From: an uncultured Candidatus Rokubacteria bacterium
Lineage (GTDB): Bacteria > Methylomirabilota > Methylomirabilia > Rokubacteriales > CSP1-6
Length of the DNA stretch: 64,000 nt
Assembly: GCA_963758635.1 (NCBI GenBank)
Contig: CAVWWD010000003.1
Coordinates: 256,001-320,000, forward strand
Direction: 5' to 3'
A model generated the notes under the pieces. That model searched no databases and had not been told where the DNA came from. It saw nothing but the letters and a program-made list of their open reading frames with translations. The position numbers were made by a program, and so were the translations under genes. Positions 33,785 through 43,861 of this stretch are shown here, one piece after another. Within the stretch, counting starts at the first letter, position 1. Each line of letters opens with the position of its first letter.

Positions 33785-33928
33785 GGCGGCGGGGAGGCAC
33801 CTGGGGTCGAGGCGGCCCTTCCCCTCCATCGGGATATCGGAACTCACCCGCCCGGATGGAGCCCAGCCGCAACGGGGCAGCGCACGCGTGCGGCGTGGTC
33901 CCGCGACCCCAGGTGCCTCCCCGCCGCC
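33785..33928. repeat. Family C structured element, copy 2 (perfect 25-bp terminal inverted repeat)
   Basis: GGCGGCGGGGAGGCACCTGGGGTCG (33785-33809) and its exact complement (33904-33928). Confidence 0.85.
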
Positions 33929-33980
33929 GGCACGCCGAGCGCCAGCGCACAGGGACGCGAAGCGCGAGGGACGAGGAGCG

Positions 33981-35405
33981 CTACGCCGGCCGGCGCGCGC
34001 GCTTCTTCGGGGCCGCGGGCGCCGCAGGCTCGGCCGCCGCCGGCTGGTCGGACTGCAGCAGCGGCACATTGGCCTCCCGGAGCGGGAGCCCGATGTGATC
34101 GCGGATCCACTTCGCGTCCCACCACTCGAGCCCCGTCACCGAGATCCCGTGGATCAGGACCTCGTAGTGCAGGTGGTCGCCGAGCGCGAGCCCGGTGGCG
34201 CCGCTCCGGCCCAGCTCCTGCCCGCGCTTCACCTCGTCGCCCGCCTTCACGTCGATGGACGAGAGGTGGGCGTACAGCGTCTGCAGGCCGAGCCCGTGGT
34301 CCAGCACCACCGCGTTTCCATATATGGTGAGGGGCCCGGCGAAGACGACCACGCCGCTGTTGGCCGCCGGTATCGGGCTCTGGCGGAGCGACGCCAGGTC
34401 GTAGCCGAGATGGACCTGGGTATCGATGTCCTTGCCGCCGAGACGGTACGCTCGCGTCTCGGCGAAATTGGAGAACACCTTGCTGTTGCGCGGCTGCACG
34501 AACGCGCCCTCCCAGAGCGGACGCGTCTGCGTCTTCGTGGCGAGCTCGCGCTTCGTCTGCTCGGCGGCGCGCCGCTGGTCGCGATTGACGACGAGGAACG
34601 CCTCGGCCATGCGCTCGGGGGGGATGGCGCCGCGGTCGGGCAGGAGCTCGGGCAGCTTCCGGGTCAGGAACTCCTCCTTCAGCTCGACGGTGCCCGAGGG
34701 GAAGCGCCGGCCCTTGATCTCGACCGGCACCGCCCGGGACACCGCGTTGCCCGCCTCGTCCTGCGCGTGCACGGCGATCGGCGTGTCGATCGGGAAGTCC
34801 CACGGCAGGCCGAACATGGCGGCGAGCATCCCGCCGTCGGGAGGGCCGACGGGATACGCGGGCAGGAAGAGCCCGCCGACGTTGACGCCCACACGGGACG
34901 CGCCCCGCGCGCGGAACACCACCAGCCCGCCGCCGCCCTGCGCGAGGTAACGGGTGTGCGAGAGCAGCTCGAGGGTCGGCGGCGTGAAGTCGAGCGTCAC
35001 CGGCACGCTCAGCGCCGGCCGGTCGTCCGTGCGGAGGGGCCGCCAGAAGCCGTCGCGCGCCACCACCTCGAGCGTGGCCGCGCCCTCCCGCAGCCCGAGG
35101 GCCCGCCCGTCGACGGTCACGTCGATCCGCTGCGCGTTGCCGCCGCCCGTGAACGACGGGCTGGCCACCGCGACCTTGCCCTGGTTCTGCACGAGGCGCA
35201 GCTCGGCGGACTGCACGCCCCCGCGGGCGGCGGCGAGCTGCACCGAGAGCGGCGTGCGCAGCCCGATGAAGCGCGGCGGCGGCGCGATCTCGGCGCGGAC
35301 GCCGGGCACGCTCTGGCGCCATCCGAGATAGACGGCGGCGGCCACCACGATCACGACGGGAATGGCGAGGACGACGATCCAGACCTTCAACGAGGAGCGG
35401 GTCAC
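33981..35405 (-). CDS. M23 family metallopeptidase with N-terminal membrane anchor
   Basis: HLGYD (HxxxD), YGNAVVLDHG, LYAHLS and HLH motifs. Confidence 0.9.
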   Translation of the reverse strand: MTRSSLKVWIVVLAIPVVIVVAAAVYLGWRQSVPGVRAEIAPPPRFIGLRTPLSVQLAAARGGVQSAELRLVQNQGKVAVASPSFTGGGNAQRIDVTVDGRALGLREGAATLEVVARDGFWRPLRTDDRPALSVPVTLDFTPPTLELLSHTRYLAQGGGGLVVFRARGASRVGVNVGGLFLPAYPVGPPDGGMLAAMFGLPWDFPIDTPIAVHAQDEAGNAVSRAVPVEIKGRRFPSGTVELKEEFLTRKLPELLPDRGAIPPERMAEAFLVVNRDQRRAAEQTKRELATKTQTRPLWEGAFVQPRNSKVFSNFAETRAYRLGGKDIDTQVHLGYDLASLRQSPIPAANSGVVVFAGPLTIYGNAVVLDHGLGLQTLYAHLSSIDVKAGDEVKRGQELGRSGATGLALGDHLHYEVLIHGISVTGLEWWDAKWIRDHIGLPLREANVPLLQSDQPAAAEPAAPAAPKKRARRPA

Positions 35406-35420
35406 GGCGCCATGATACTG

Positions 35421-35554
35421 CAGTGCGAGCCGCAGCCGCGTGAAGTGCGAGCCGCAGCCGCAGGCGAGGCGAGCGTATATGGAAATGCAGTGGAACCGAC
35501 CGTCAAGCGCCGAAATGCAGTGGAAGCGACCGTCAGGAACTGCAGCGACCGACC
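35421..35554 (+). repeat. Family A repeat with internal sub-duplications
   Basis: GTGCGAGCCGCAGCCGC twice, then GAAATGCAGTGGAA.CGACCGTCA twice, plus a degenerate third copy. Confidence 0.8.
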
Positions 35555-35565
35555 GCCAACCTAGC

Positions 35566-36159
35566 ATGATGACGCGCGCGTGGCTCCTCGTGAGCGCGGC
35601 GGGGTTCGTGGCGAGCGGGCTGCTGCACCTGGGCACGTTCACGCCGGCGGCGTCGCGGCTGGGCGAGTCGTACGCCGCCGTCCTCTTCGCCGCGGCGTGC
35701 GTGCCGCTCGTCGCGATGGTGCGGCGGCTCCGCCGCCTGCCGCTGTCCGGCCGGCGATGGCGGCGCCTGCACGTCCTCGACTGGCGCGAGATCGTCGCGC
35801 CGGTGCCCCCGCCCGCGCGCGTCCTGATCTTCGGCGCCGCGCTCTACGTGCTCATGAACTCCGTGCTGTCCCTCGCCGTGATCGGGGGCGTGAGCGTGGA
35901 GGCGGGGGGCGGCGCGTACCACGCCGTCGAGCGCGGCGAGCGCCGGGAGATCTCGCGGGCGGAGTACGACGCCCACCGCGCCGCCGCTCTTCGCGGCCTG
36001 TCGGCCCCGCTGCTCCTGTTCTACCTGCTGCCCCTCGCCTACTTCGCGTTCGTCCCGCCGCCCCCGGCGCGGCGCGTCTGCCCGCATCGTTCGCGAACGG
36101 AGGCGGACCGTGAACGGCGTGGGCGTCCGGTGAGCCCGTTCATGAATAGTCCGCGCTAA
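35566..36159 (+). CDS. Hypothetical membrane protein
   Basis: About four hydrophobic segments; no family recognised. Confidence 0.6.
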   Translation: MMTRAWLLVSAAGFVASGLLHLGTFTPAASRLGESYAAVLFAAACVPLVAMVRRLRRLPLSGRRWRRLHVLDWREIVAPVPPPARVLIFGAALYVLMNSVLSLAVIGGVSVEAGGGAYHAVERGERREISRAEYDAHRAAALRGLSAPLLLFYLLPLAYFAFVPPPPARRVCPHRSRTEADRERRGRPVSPFMNSPR

Positions 36160-36198
36160 GTCCGGGCGTTCATTGGCGTCTGCGCCGTCGCCGGCGCC

Positions 36199-36227
36199 TT
36201 GACACCCCGCGCCCCGCCCTATAAAGT
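36199..36227 (+). promoter_or_regulatory. Sigma70 promoter for nuoLMN
   Basis: TTGACA-N17-TAAAGT ending 18 nt before ATG 36246. Confidence 0.7.
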
Positions 36228-36245
36228 GATGCGGGCTTTTTCCAC

Positions 36246-38120
36246 ATGTCGCGACTCGTCTGGCTCATTCCGCTCTTCCCGCTCGTCGGCTCGCTCGTCA
36301 ACGCGCTCTTCGGCCGGTCCATCGGGCGGCTCGCGCACTGGATCGCCGTCCCCGCGCTCGGCATGTCGTTCCTCACCGCGTGCGCGCTCTTCGCGCGCGT
36401 GTGGAACGGCGAGACCTACACCGGCGCGCTGTTCCCGTGGATCGTCGCCGGCACCTTCCACACCGCGATCACCGCCCAGGTCGACCAGCTCACCGCGGTG
36501 ATGCTCCTGGTCGTGACGGGGGTGGGCTTCCTCATCCACCTCTACTCGGCCGGCTACATGCACGGCGATCCGAGCTACGCCCGGTTCTTCACCTACCTGA
36601 ACCTGTTCGTGTTCTCGATGGTGATGCTCGTCCTCGCCGGCGACTTCCTCGTCCTCTACGTGTTCTGGGAGGCGGTGGGCCTGTGCTCGTACCTGCTCAT
36701 CGGCTTCTGGTACGAGAGGCCGGCGGCGGCGGAGGCGGGCAAGAAGGCGTTCATCGTGAACCGGGTGGGGGACTTCGGCTTCGGCCTCGGCGTGATGCTC
36801 ATCTGGACCACGTTCGGCACCCTCCAGTACTCGGAGGTCTTCGCCAAGGCCGAGGCCGGGCTCGCCGGCGGCACCGCGCTCGCCATCGCGCTCCTCCTGT
36901 TCACGGGCGCCACCGGGAAGTCGGCGCAGCTGCCGCTCTACACGTGGCTGCCCGACGCCATGGAGGGCCCCACGCCGGTGTCCGCGCTGATCCACGCCGC
37001 GACCATGGTCACCGCCGGCGTGTACATGGTGGCGCGCTGCCACGTGCTGTTCGAGAAGGCGCCGGTGTCGCTGGAGGTGGTGGCGTGGGTCGGCGGCCTC
37101 ACCGCCGTGTTCGCCGCCACCATCGGCCTCGTGCAGACCGACATCAAGCGCGTGCTCGCGTACTCGACGATCAGCCAGCTCGGGTACATGTTCGTCGCGG
37201 TGGGGGTGGGCGCGTACGCGGTGGGTATCTTCCACCTCGTGACGCACGCCTTCTTCAAGGCGCTGCTCTTCCTCGGCGCGGGCAGCGTCATCCACGGCCT
37301 CGGCGGCGAGCAGGATGTCCGGCGGATGGGCAACCTCGCCCCGAAGATGATGACGACCACGATCACCTTCGTGGTCGGAGCGGCGGGGCTGGCCGGGCTG
37401 TGGCCGTTCGCCGGGTTCTTCTCGAAGGACGCGATCCTCGCCGCCGCGCTCCACGAGGGCCACCGGGCGCTGTTCGTGCTGCTCCTCGCCGGAGCGTTCA
37501 TGACCGCGTTCTACACGTTTCGGCTGGTCGCCCTCGCGTTCTTCGGCAACTCTCGCATGTCGCACGAGGTGGCGCACCACGCGCACGAGTCGCCCGCGGT
37601 CATGACCATGCCCCTCGTGGTCCTCGCCCTCCTGACCATCGTCAGCGGGTTCGCGCTCGGCGTCCAGACGGCCGGCCAGACCCCCTTCGCCCGGTTCCTG
37701 AGCCCCGTCTTCCCCCTCGTCGAGGCCGAACACGGGTACTTCGTGCCCGTCCTCTCGCTGGCGGTGGCGGTGGCGGGCACGGTGCTCGCGTTGTTCATGT
37801 ACGGCTGGCGGCAGGTGCGGGCCGAGGACATCGGCGAGCCGCGCACCGCGCTTCACGCGCTCGTGCTGAACAAGTACTACGTGGACGAGATCTACGACGC
37901 CCTCGTCGTGACGCCGATCTACCGGCTGAGCCGCTGGTGCGCGGCGGTGTTCGACCTCGGGGTGATCGACGGCGCCGTCAACGGCGTGGGCGGGATCGTG
38001 ACCGCGGGGGCGCGCGGGCTGCGGCGCCTGCAGACCGGGTTCGTGATGAACTACGCCCTCACGATGCTCGTGGGCGCCGTCGCCGTCGTGGCCTACCTCC
38101 TGTCCCGGTCGCTCCGATGA
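36246..38120 (+). CDS. nuoL: NADH-quinone oxidoreductase subunit L
   Basis: GKSAQLPLYTWLPDAMEGPTPVSALIHAATMV and HAFFKALLFL motifs. Confidence 0.95.
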   Translation: MSRLVWLIPLFPLVGSLVNALFGRSIGRLAHWIAVPALGMSFLTACALFARVWNGETYTGALFPWIVAGTFHTAITAQVDQLTAVMLLVVTGVGFLIHLYSAGYMHGDPSYARFFTYLNLFVFSMVMLVLAGDFLVLYVFWEAVGLCSYLLIGFWYERPAAAEAGKKAFIVNRVGDFGFGLGVMLIWTTFGTLQYSEVFAKAEAGLAGGTALAIALLLFTGATGKSAQLPLYTWLPDAMEGPTPVSALIHAATMVTAGVYMVARCHVLFEKAPVSLEVVAWVGGLTAVFAATIGLVQTDIKRVLAYSTISQLGYMFVAVGVGAYAVGIFHLVTHAFFKALLFLGAGSVIHGLGGEQDVRRMGNLAPKMMTTTITFVVGAAGLAGLWPFAGFFSKDAILAAALHEGHRALFVLLLAGAFMTAFYTFRLVALAFFGNSRMSHEVAHHAHESPAVMTMPLVVLALLTIVSGFALGVQTAGQTPFARFLSPVFPLVEAEHGYFVPVLSLAVAVAGTVLALFMYGWRQVRAEDIGEPRTALHALVLNKYYVDEIYDALVVTPIYRLSRWCAAVFDLGVIDGAVNGVGGIVTAGARGLRRLQTGFVMNYALTMLVGAVAVVAYLLSRSLR

Positions 38121-39623
38121 TCCTGTCCGCGATCACGTTCCTGCCCGTCGCCGGCGCGGTGGCGGTGGCCTTCGTCCCGCGCGGCCAGGAGCGCATGGTC
38201 AAGATCCTCGCCTTCGTGGTGTCGCTCGCCGGCTTCCTCGCGTCGCTGCCGCTCTACCTGAGATTCGACCCGAGCCGGGCCGACTACCAGTTCGTGGAGT
38301 CCGCGCCGTGGATGCCCACCCTCGGGATCAGCTACCACCTGGGCGTGGACGGCATCAGCCTGCTCCTCGTGCTCCTCACCACGTTCCTGATGCCGCTGGC
38401 GCTGCTCGCCTCGTGGCACTCGATCGAGACGCGGTGGAAGGAGTTCGCGATCACGATGCTCCTCCTGGAGACGGGGATGCTGGGCGTCTTCGTGGCGCTC
38501 GACCTCTTCCTCTTCTACGTCTTCTGGGAGGCGATGCTGGTGCCGATGTACCTCATCATCGGCGTGTGGGGCGGGGCGCGCCGCGTGTACGCGGCCATCA
38601 AGTTCGTGCTCTACACGCTCGCCGGCTCCGTCCTCATGCTGGTGGCGATCCTCGCCCTCTACTTCCGGCACGGCGCGGCCACCGGCACCTACACGTTCGA
38701 CCTGCCCGGTGCTCGCGCAGTTCGTGCTTCCCGCCGGCCTCGCCCAGGACCTGATGTTCCTGGCCTTCGCGGTGGCGTTCGCCATCAAGGTGCCGATGTT
38801 CCCGTTCCACACCTGGCTGCCCGACGCCCACGTGGAGGCGCCCACCGCGGGCAGCGTGATCCTGGCCGGCGTGCTGCTGAAGATGGGCACGTACGGCTTC
38901 CTGCGCTTCTGCCTGCCCCTGTTCCCGCAGGCGAGCCTGCTCTTCGCGCCGTCGATCATGGTCCTCGGGCTCATCGGGATCGTCTACGGGGCCTGGGTCT
39001 CCACCGTGCAGCCCGACATCAAGAAGCTCGTGGCGTACTCCAGCGTGAGCCACCTCGGCTTCGTGATGGTGGGCCTGTTCACGCTCACGCCGCAGGGGCT
39101 GGTGGGCGGCATCATCCAGATGGTGAACCACGGGCTCAGCACCGGCGCCCTGTTCCTCCTGGTCGGCATGATCTACGAGCGGCGGCACACCCGGCTCATC
39201 GCCGACTTCGGCGGCCTCTGGTCGGTGATGCCCGCCTTCAGCGCGCTGTTCCTGATCGTGTCGCTGTCCTCGCTGGGGCTGCCCGGGCTGAACGGGTTCG
39301 TCGGCGAGTTCCTGATCCTGGTGGGGGCGTTCCAGTGGAGCCGGCCGGTGGCCGTCGTCGCCACCTCCGGCATCATCTTCGCCGCCGTGTACATGCTGTG
39401 GATGTACCAGCGCGTGGTGTTCGGGCCCGTCACCCGCGAGGAGAACCGCCGCCTCCAGGACCTGACGGGGCGGGAGTGGGCCGTCCTCCTGCCCGTCCTC
39501 GCGCTCATCGTGTGGATCGGCGTGTATCCGTCGGCGTTCACCGGCCTGACCGAGGCGAGCGTGCAGGCCCTGATCAGCCAGGTCCAGGCCAAGGCCGCCG
39601 CCGCCGCCCTCGCCGCCCGATGA
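38117..39623 (+). CDS. nuoM: NADH-quinone oxidoreductase subunit M (frameshift near 38705)
   Basis: [27 protein letters not shown] and [11 protein letters not shown] motifs. Confidence 0.93.
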
Positions 39624-39700
39624 TCCGTTCACCCCGCGGCAGGGCGACGACGCTGGACGAACCACGAGTTAGGGAAGGGGCGAGCGTGTCGAGCCATGCG

Positions 39701-39804
39701 GTGGGGGGGAGTGGGGGCTGCTGTGCGAGGCGCAGCCGAAGGCGAGCCGAGCGAATCAGTAGTCGGTCCGAGCGGAAGCGAGGAGCGGCGCCGCTCCCCC
39801 CCAC
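39701..39804. repeat. Inverted-repeat-bounded element containing a partial family A core
   Basis: GTGGGGGGGAGTGG ... CCGCTCCCCCCCAC (13/14 match) enclosing TGCGAGGCGCAGCCGAAGGCGAGCCGAGCG. Confidence 0.75.
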
Positions 39805-39810
39805 AGACGA

Positions 39811-41272
39811 ATGACGCCGGAGATCGTCTTTCCCGCCGTCAACCTCCGCGCCCTCGGGCCGATCCTCGCCCTCTCGGGCGCGGCGCTCATCGTGCTCCTC
39901 CTCGACCTGCTGCCGCCGCGCGAGCGCAAGGAGCACCTCGGCGCCGTCGGCCTCGTCGGCGCGCTCGCCGCCCTGTTCCTCACCGTGAGCCTCTGGGGCG
40001 GCGACGAGCGCGCCTTCGGCGGCATGGTCATCCTGGACCGCTACGCGCAGTTCTTCTACGTCGTCATCGGCTACGCGCTCGGCCTGGTCCTGCTCCTCTC
40101 GCTGGACTACGTCCGGCGGCAGGGGATCGAGTCGGGCGAGTTCTACCTCCTCGCCCTCTTCTCCGCGGTGGGCATGATGCTGATGGCCTCCGCGGGCGAT
40201 CTGATCATGATCTTCCTCGGCCTGGAGATCATGTCGATCACGCTCTACGTCCTCGCCGGCTTCTTCCGCAACCGTCTGGAGGCGGGCGAGGCCTCGCTCA
40301 AGTACTTCCTGCTCGGGGCCTTCGCCTCGGGCTTCCTCCTCTACGGCATCGCCCTCGTGTACGGCGCCACCGGGGCCACCAACCTGGACCGGATCGGGGC
40401 CGCGGTGGCGGGCGGCGCCGCGCGTGACCCGCTCCTCGTCATCGGCTTCGGCCTCCTGCTCGTGGGCTTCGGCTTCAAGATCGCCGTCGTCCCGTTCCAC
40501 ATGTGGGCGGCCGACGTGTACCAGGGGGCGCCGACGCTCGATCACCGCGTTCATCGCCACCGGCTCGAAGGCCGCGGCCTTCGCCGCCCTCGTGCGCGTG
40601 CTCCTCTCCGCGCTCCCCGGCGCCCCCATCGACTGGGCGCCCCTCCTGTGGGTGCTCGCCGCGCTCAGCATGACCATCGGCAACGTGGTCGCCATCGCCC
40701 AGCAGGACCTCAAGCGGATGCTCGCGTACTCGTCGATCGCCCACGGCGGCTACATGCTGATCGGCGTGGTGGCGGGCGGCTCGCTGGGCTACGGCGCGGT
40801 GCTGTTCTACATGCTCGTCTACACGTTCACCACGGTGGGGGCCTTCGGGGTCCTGCTCCTCCTGGAGCGCGAGGGTGGGGAGTCAGTCGACGTCCGCCAG
40901 CTCTCCGGCCTCTCCGCGCGTCATCCGCTGCTCGCCCTGGTCCTGTCCGTGTTCCTGCTGTCGCTCATCGGCATCCCGCCCACCGCCGGCTTCGTGGGGA
41001 AGTTCTACCTGTTCGGTGGGGCGGTGCAGGCCGGGTACATCTGGCTCGCCGTGGTCGGCGTGCTCAACTCCGCGGTGGCCGCGTACTACTACCTCCGCGT
41101 GATCGTCTACATGTACATGCGCGAGCCCGAGGCGCAGCCGGCGACCCTCACGCCGTCGTTCTCCGGGGGCCTCGCGCTCGCCGTCGCGGTGTGGGGCGTG
41201 ATCCACCTCGGCATCCTGCCCGCGTCCTTCCTGGACCGGGCCCGGGCCGCGCTCGCCCCGCTGCTGCGGTAA
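39811..41272 (+). CDS. nuoN: NADH-quinone oxidoreductase subunit N (frameshift near 40540)
   Basis: EASLKYFLLG, FKIAVVPFHMWAADVYQGAP, KRMLAYSSIAH and GIPPTAGFVGK motifs. Confidence 0.93.
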
Positions 41273-41274
41273 GT

Positions 41275-41362
41275 CTTCGGAGGGTTGGCGGTAGGTTCCA
41301 CTGCCTGATCATGTCCCCCCTCACCCAACCCTCTCCCCCCGGCGGGGAGAGGGCTTCGGAGG
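41275..41362 (-). repeat. Family B repeat (CCCTCTCCCC...GGGGAGAGGG hairpin)
   Basis: Reverse complement of the 78-nt unit at 52138-52215. Confidence 0.85.
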
Positions 41363-41379
41363 TTAGCGGCGAAACCCAC

Positions 41380-42177
41380 ATGTCTTCTGTGACGGGCGTG
41401 CCGCTCCGCTTTCCGTACCGCGGCTGGCTCCTCGACCTCGACGGCACCGTGTACCTGGGCGACCGCCTCCTGCCCGGGGCGGACACCGCCATCGCCGCCC
41501 TGCGCGCCGCCGGACGCCGCGTGGCGTTCTTGTCCAACAAGCCGCTCGAGACGCGCGCCGACTACGCGCGGAAGCTCTCCCGCCTCGGCGTGCCCGCGCG
41601 CGAGGACGACGTCGTCAACTCCTCGCTGGTCCTCGCCCGCCACCTCCGCGGGCTCGACCCGGGCGCCCCGGTGTTCGTGATCGGCGAGCCGCCCATGATC
41701 GCCGAGATGCGCGCGCACGGCTTCGAGGTGCGCGAGGACGAGCGCGTGCGCTGGGTGGTGATCGCCTTCGACCGCACGTTCTCCTACGCCAAGCTCAACA
41801 CCGCGCTGCAGGCGGTGCGGGGCGGCGCGCGCCTCATCGCCACCAATCCCGACCGCACGTGCCCGGTGGACGGGGGCGAGATCCCGGACTGCGCGGGCAT
41901 GATCGCCGCGGTGGAGGCGGTCACCGAGCAGCGCGTCGAGGCCATCGTGGGGAAGCCCTCGCCCATCATCCTCGAGGTGGCGCTGTCCGTCCTCGGCGTC
42001 CCCGCGGCGGACGCGGTCATCGTGGGCGACCGCCTGGAGACCGACATCGCGATGGGACGACGCGCCGGACTCGGCACGATCCTCGTCCTGTCCGGCGTCA
42101 CGCGCGCCGACGACCCGCGAATCGCCGAGGCGCGTCCGGACCACGTGTTACGATCGATCGCGGAGATCGTCGTGTGA
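41380..42177 (+). CDS. HAD-IIA (NagD-like) phosphatase
   Basis: DLDGT, LSN, ATNPD, GKP and GDRLETDI motifs. Confidence 0.92.
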   Translation: MSSVTGVPLRFPYRGWLLDLDGTVYLGDRLLPGADTAIAALRAAGRRVAFLSNKPLETRADYARKLSRLGVPAREDDVVNSSLVLARHLRGLDPGAPVFVIGEPPMIAEMRAHGFEVREDERVRWVVIAFDRTFSYAKLNTALQAVRGGARLIATNPDRTCPVDGGEIPDCAGMIAAVEAVTEQRVEAIVGKPSPIILEVALSVLGVPAADAVIVGDRLETDIAMGRRAGLGTILVLSGVTRADDPRIAEARPDHVLRSIAEIVV

Positions 42178-43802
42178 CTCATCGGCTCGCGGGCATCGAC
42201 GAGATGGCCTTCGACGCCGTCGTGATCGGCGGTGGCATGGCGGGCGCGGGAGTGGCCCGGGACCTCGCCCTCCGCGGCGCCTCGGTGGCCCTGTTCGACA
42301 AGGGCGACTTCGCCTCCGGCACCTCCTCGAAGTCCTCCAAGCTGATCCACGGCGGCCTGCGCTACCTCGAGCTGGGCGACTTCAAGCTCGTGCGCGAGTC
42401 CCTCCGCGAGAAGAAGACGCTGGAGCGCCTCGCGCCCCACGTGGTGCGCCCGCTCCCGTTCCTCGTCCCCGTGTACCGCGGCTCCCGGCGCGGCCTCGTG
42501 ACCGTGCGCCTCGGGATGTGGCTCTACGACCTCCTCACTCCCGGCAAGACGACCGAGCGCTATCGCGTCGTCGGCCCCGCCGAGGTGCTCCGGCTGGAGC
42601 CCGCGGTCAACGCGGACGGGCTGCGGGGGGCCGGCTACTACTTCGACGACCTGCTGGTCTTCCCGGAGCGCCTCTGCCTGGAGACGGTGCTGTCGGCGCA
42701 GCGCCACGGCGCGCGCGTCCACAACTATTGCCAGGTCGAGGAGGTCACGCGCGGCGCGCAGGGGTTCGAGGGGGTTCGCGTCCGCGACCTCCTGACCGAC
42801 CAGGTCCACGCCGTCCGCGCGCCCGTCATCGTCAACTGCGCGGGCCCCTGGGTGGATGGGCTGCGCGAGCGCGCGGGCCTCACGGACGCCCGGGCCCGCG
42901 TGCTCCGGACCACCAAGGGGATCCACTGCCTCCTGCCCCGCATCACCGATCGCGCCGTCTACGTGTCGGGCGAGGACGAGCGCATGGTCTTCGTGATCCC
43001 GTGGCGCGAGTTCTCGCTGATCGGCACGACCGACACCGATTTCACGGGCGATCCCGACCGCCTGTGGGCGACGCGCGACGAGGTCACGTACCTGCTCGCC
43101 GCGGCGCAGCGGGCGCTGCCCGACCCTCGCGTGACGCTCGACCGCGTCGTCTACACCTACGCCGGCGTGCGCCCGCTGTCGTGGGAGGCGGGGAGCCGCG
43201 CCTCCCGCGTGTCCCGCCAGCACAAGGTGATCCCCGAGGGGCCGGGCGGACGGTTCCTCTCCGTGACCGGCACCAAGCTCACGTGCTTCCGGAGCCTGGC
43301 CGAGGAGGTGGGCAACCGCGTCATGGAAGCGCTGGGGCGGCGCGCCGCCTCCACCAGCGCGCGGTTCACGCTGGACGGCGTGGACGACGAGGCCGGGCGG
43401 GTCGAGGCGCGCGCGTGGATGGACGTGTCGGACGAGATGGCGGCGACGGGGCTCCCCCGCGAGACGCTGGAGCGCCTGGTGGAGACGTACGGGCGCGGCT
43501 ACGGGCGTGTCCTCGACCTGGCGCGGAAGGTGCCCGAGGGCCTGGAGCGCCTCTGCCCGACGAACCCGGACCTGGTCGCGCAGCTCCACCACGCCGTCCG
43601 CGAGGAGATGGCGGTGTCGCTCCAGGACGTGCTGCTCCGTCGCACCGGTATCGGCCAGAGCCGCTGCCTGGGCCTCGACTGCGCGGAGGCGATCGGGCAG
43701 CGCATGGCCGACCTCCTCGGGTGGTCCTCACGCCGGCTCGACGCCGAGCTCGGCGCCTACCGCCACGAGGCGGAGAAGAGCCTGCGCTTCCGCGAGAAGT
43801 AG
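42174..43802 (+). CDS. glpD: FAD-dependent glycerol-3-phosphate dehydrogenase/oxidase
   Basis: DFASGTSSKSSKLIHGGLRYL, IGTTD, YAGVRPL and DVLLRRT motifs. Confidence 0.9.
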   Translation: MTHRLAGIDEMAFDAVVIGGGMAGAGVARDLALRGASVALFDKGDFASGTSSKSSKLIHGGLRYLELGDFKLVRESLREKKTLERLAPHVVRPLPFLVPVYRGSRRGLVTVRLGMWLYDLLTPGKTTERYRVVGPAEVLRLEPAVNADGLRGAGYYFDDLLVFPERLCLETVLSAQRHGARVHNYCQVEEVTRGAQGFEGVRVRDLLTDQVHAVRAPVIVNCAGPWVDGLRERAGLTDARARVLRTTKGIHCLLPRITDRAVYVSGEDERMVFVIPWREFSLIGTTDTDFTGDPDRLWATRDEVTYLLAAAQRALPDPRVTLDRVVYTYAGVRPLSWEAGSRASRVSRQHKVIPEGPGGRFLSVTGTKLTCFRSLAEEVGNRVMEALGRRAASTSARFTLDGVDDEAGRVEARAWMDVSDEMAATGLPRETLERLVETYGRGYGRVLDLARKVPEGLERLCPTNPDLVAQLHHAVREEMAVSLQDVLLRRTGIGQSRCLGLDCAEAIGQRMADLLGWSSRRLDAELGAYRHEAEKSLRFREK

Positions 43803-43861
43803 CCGGGGCCGCGCCGATCCAGCGCCGCCGCGGAGTTATATACTGCCCCTGGAACCCGCCC

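Noticed and set aside
36128..36145. Rex-like box upstream of nuoL (CGGTGAGCCCGTTCATGA)
   Set aside because: Too many mismatches, lies inside the upstream ORF and well upstream of the -35.
39811..42177. Apparent NuoN-HAD fusion ORF (788 aa)
   Set aside because: Caused by the frameshift near 40540; the real NuoN C-terminus is in another frame ending at 41272.
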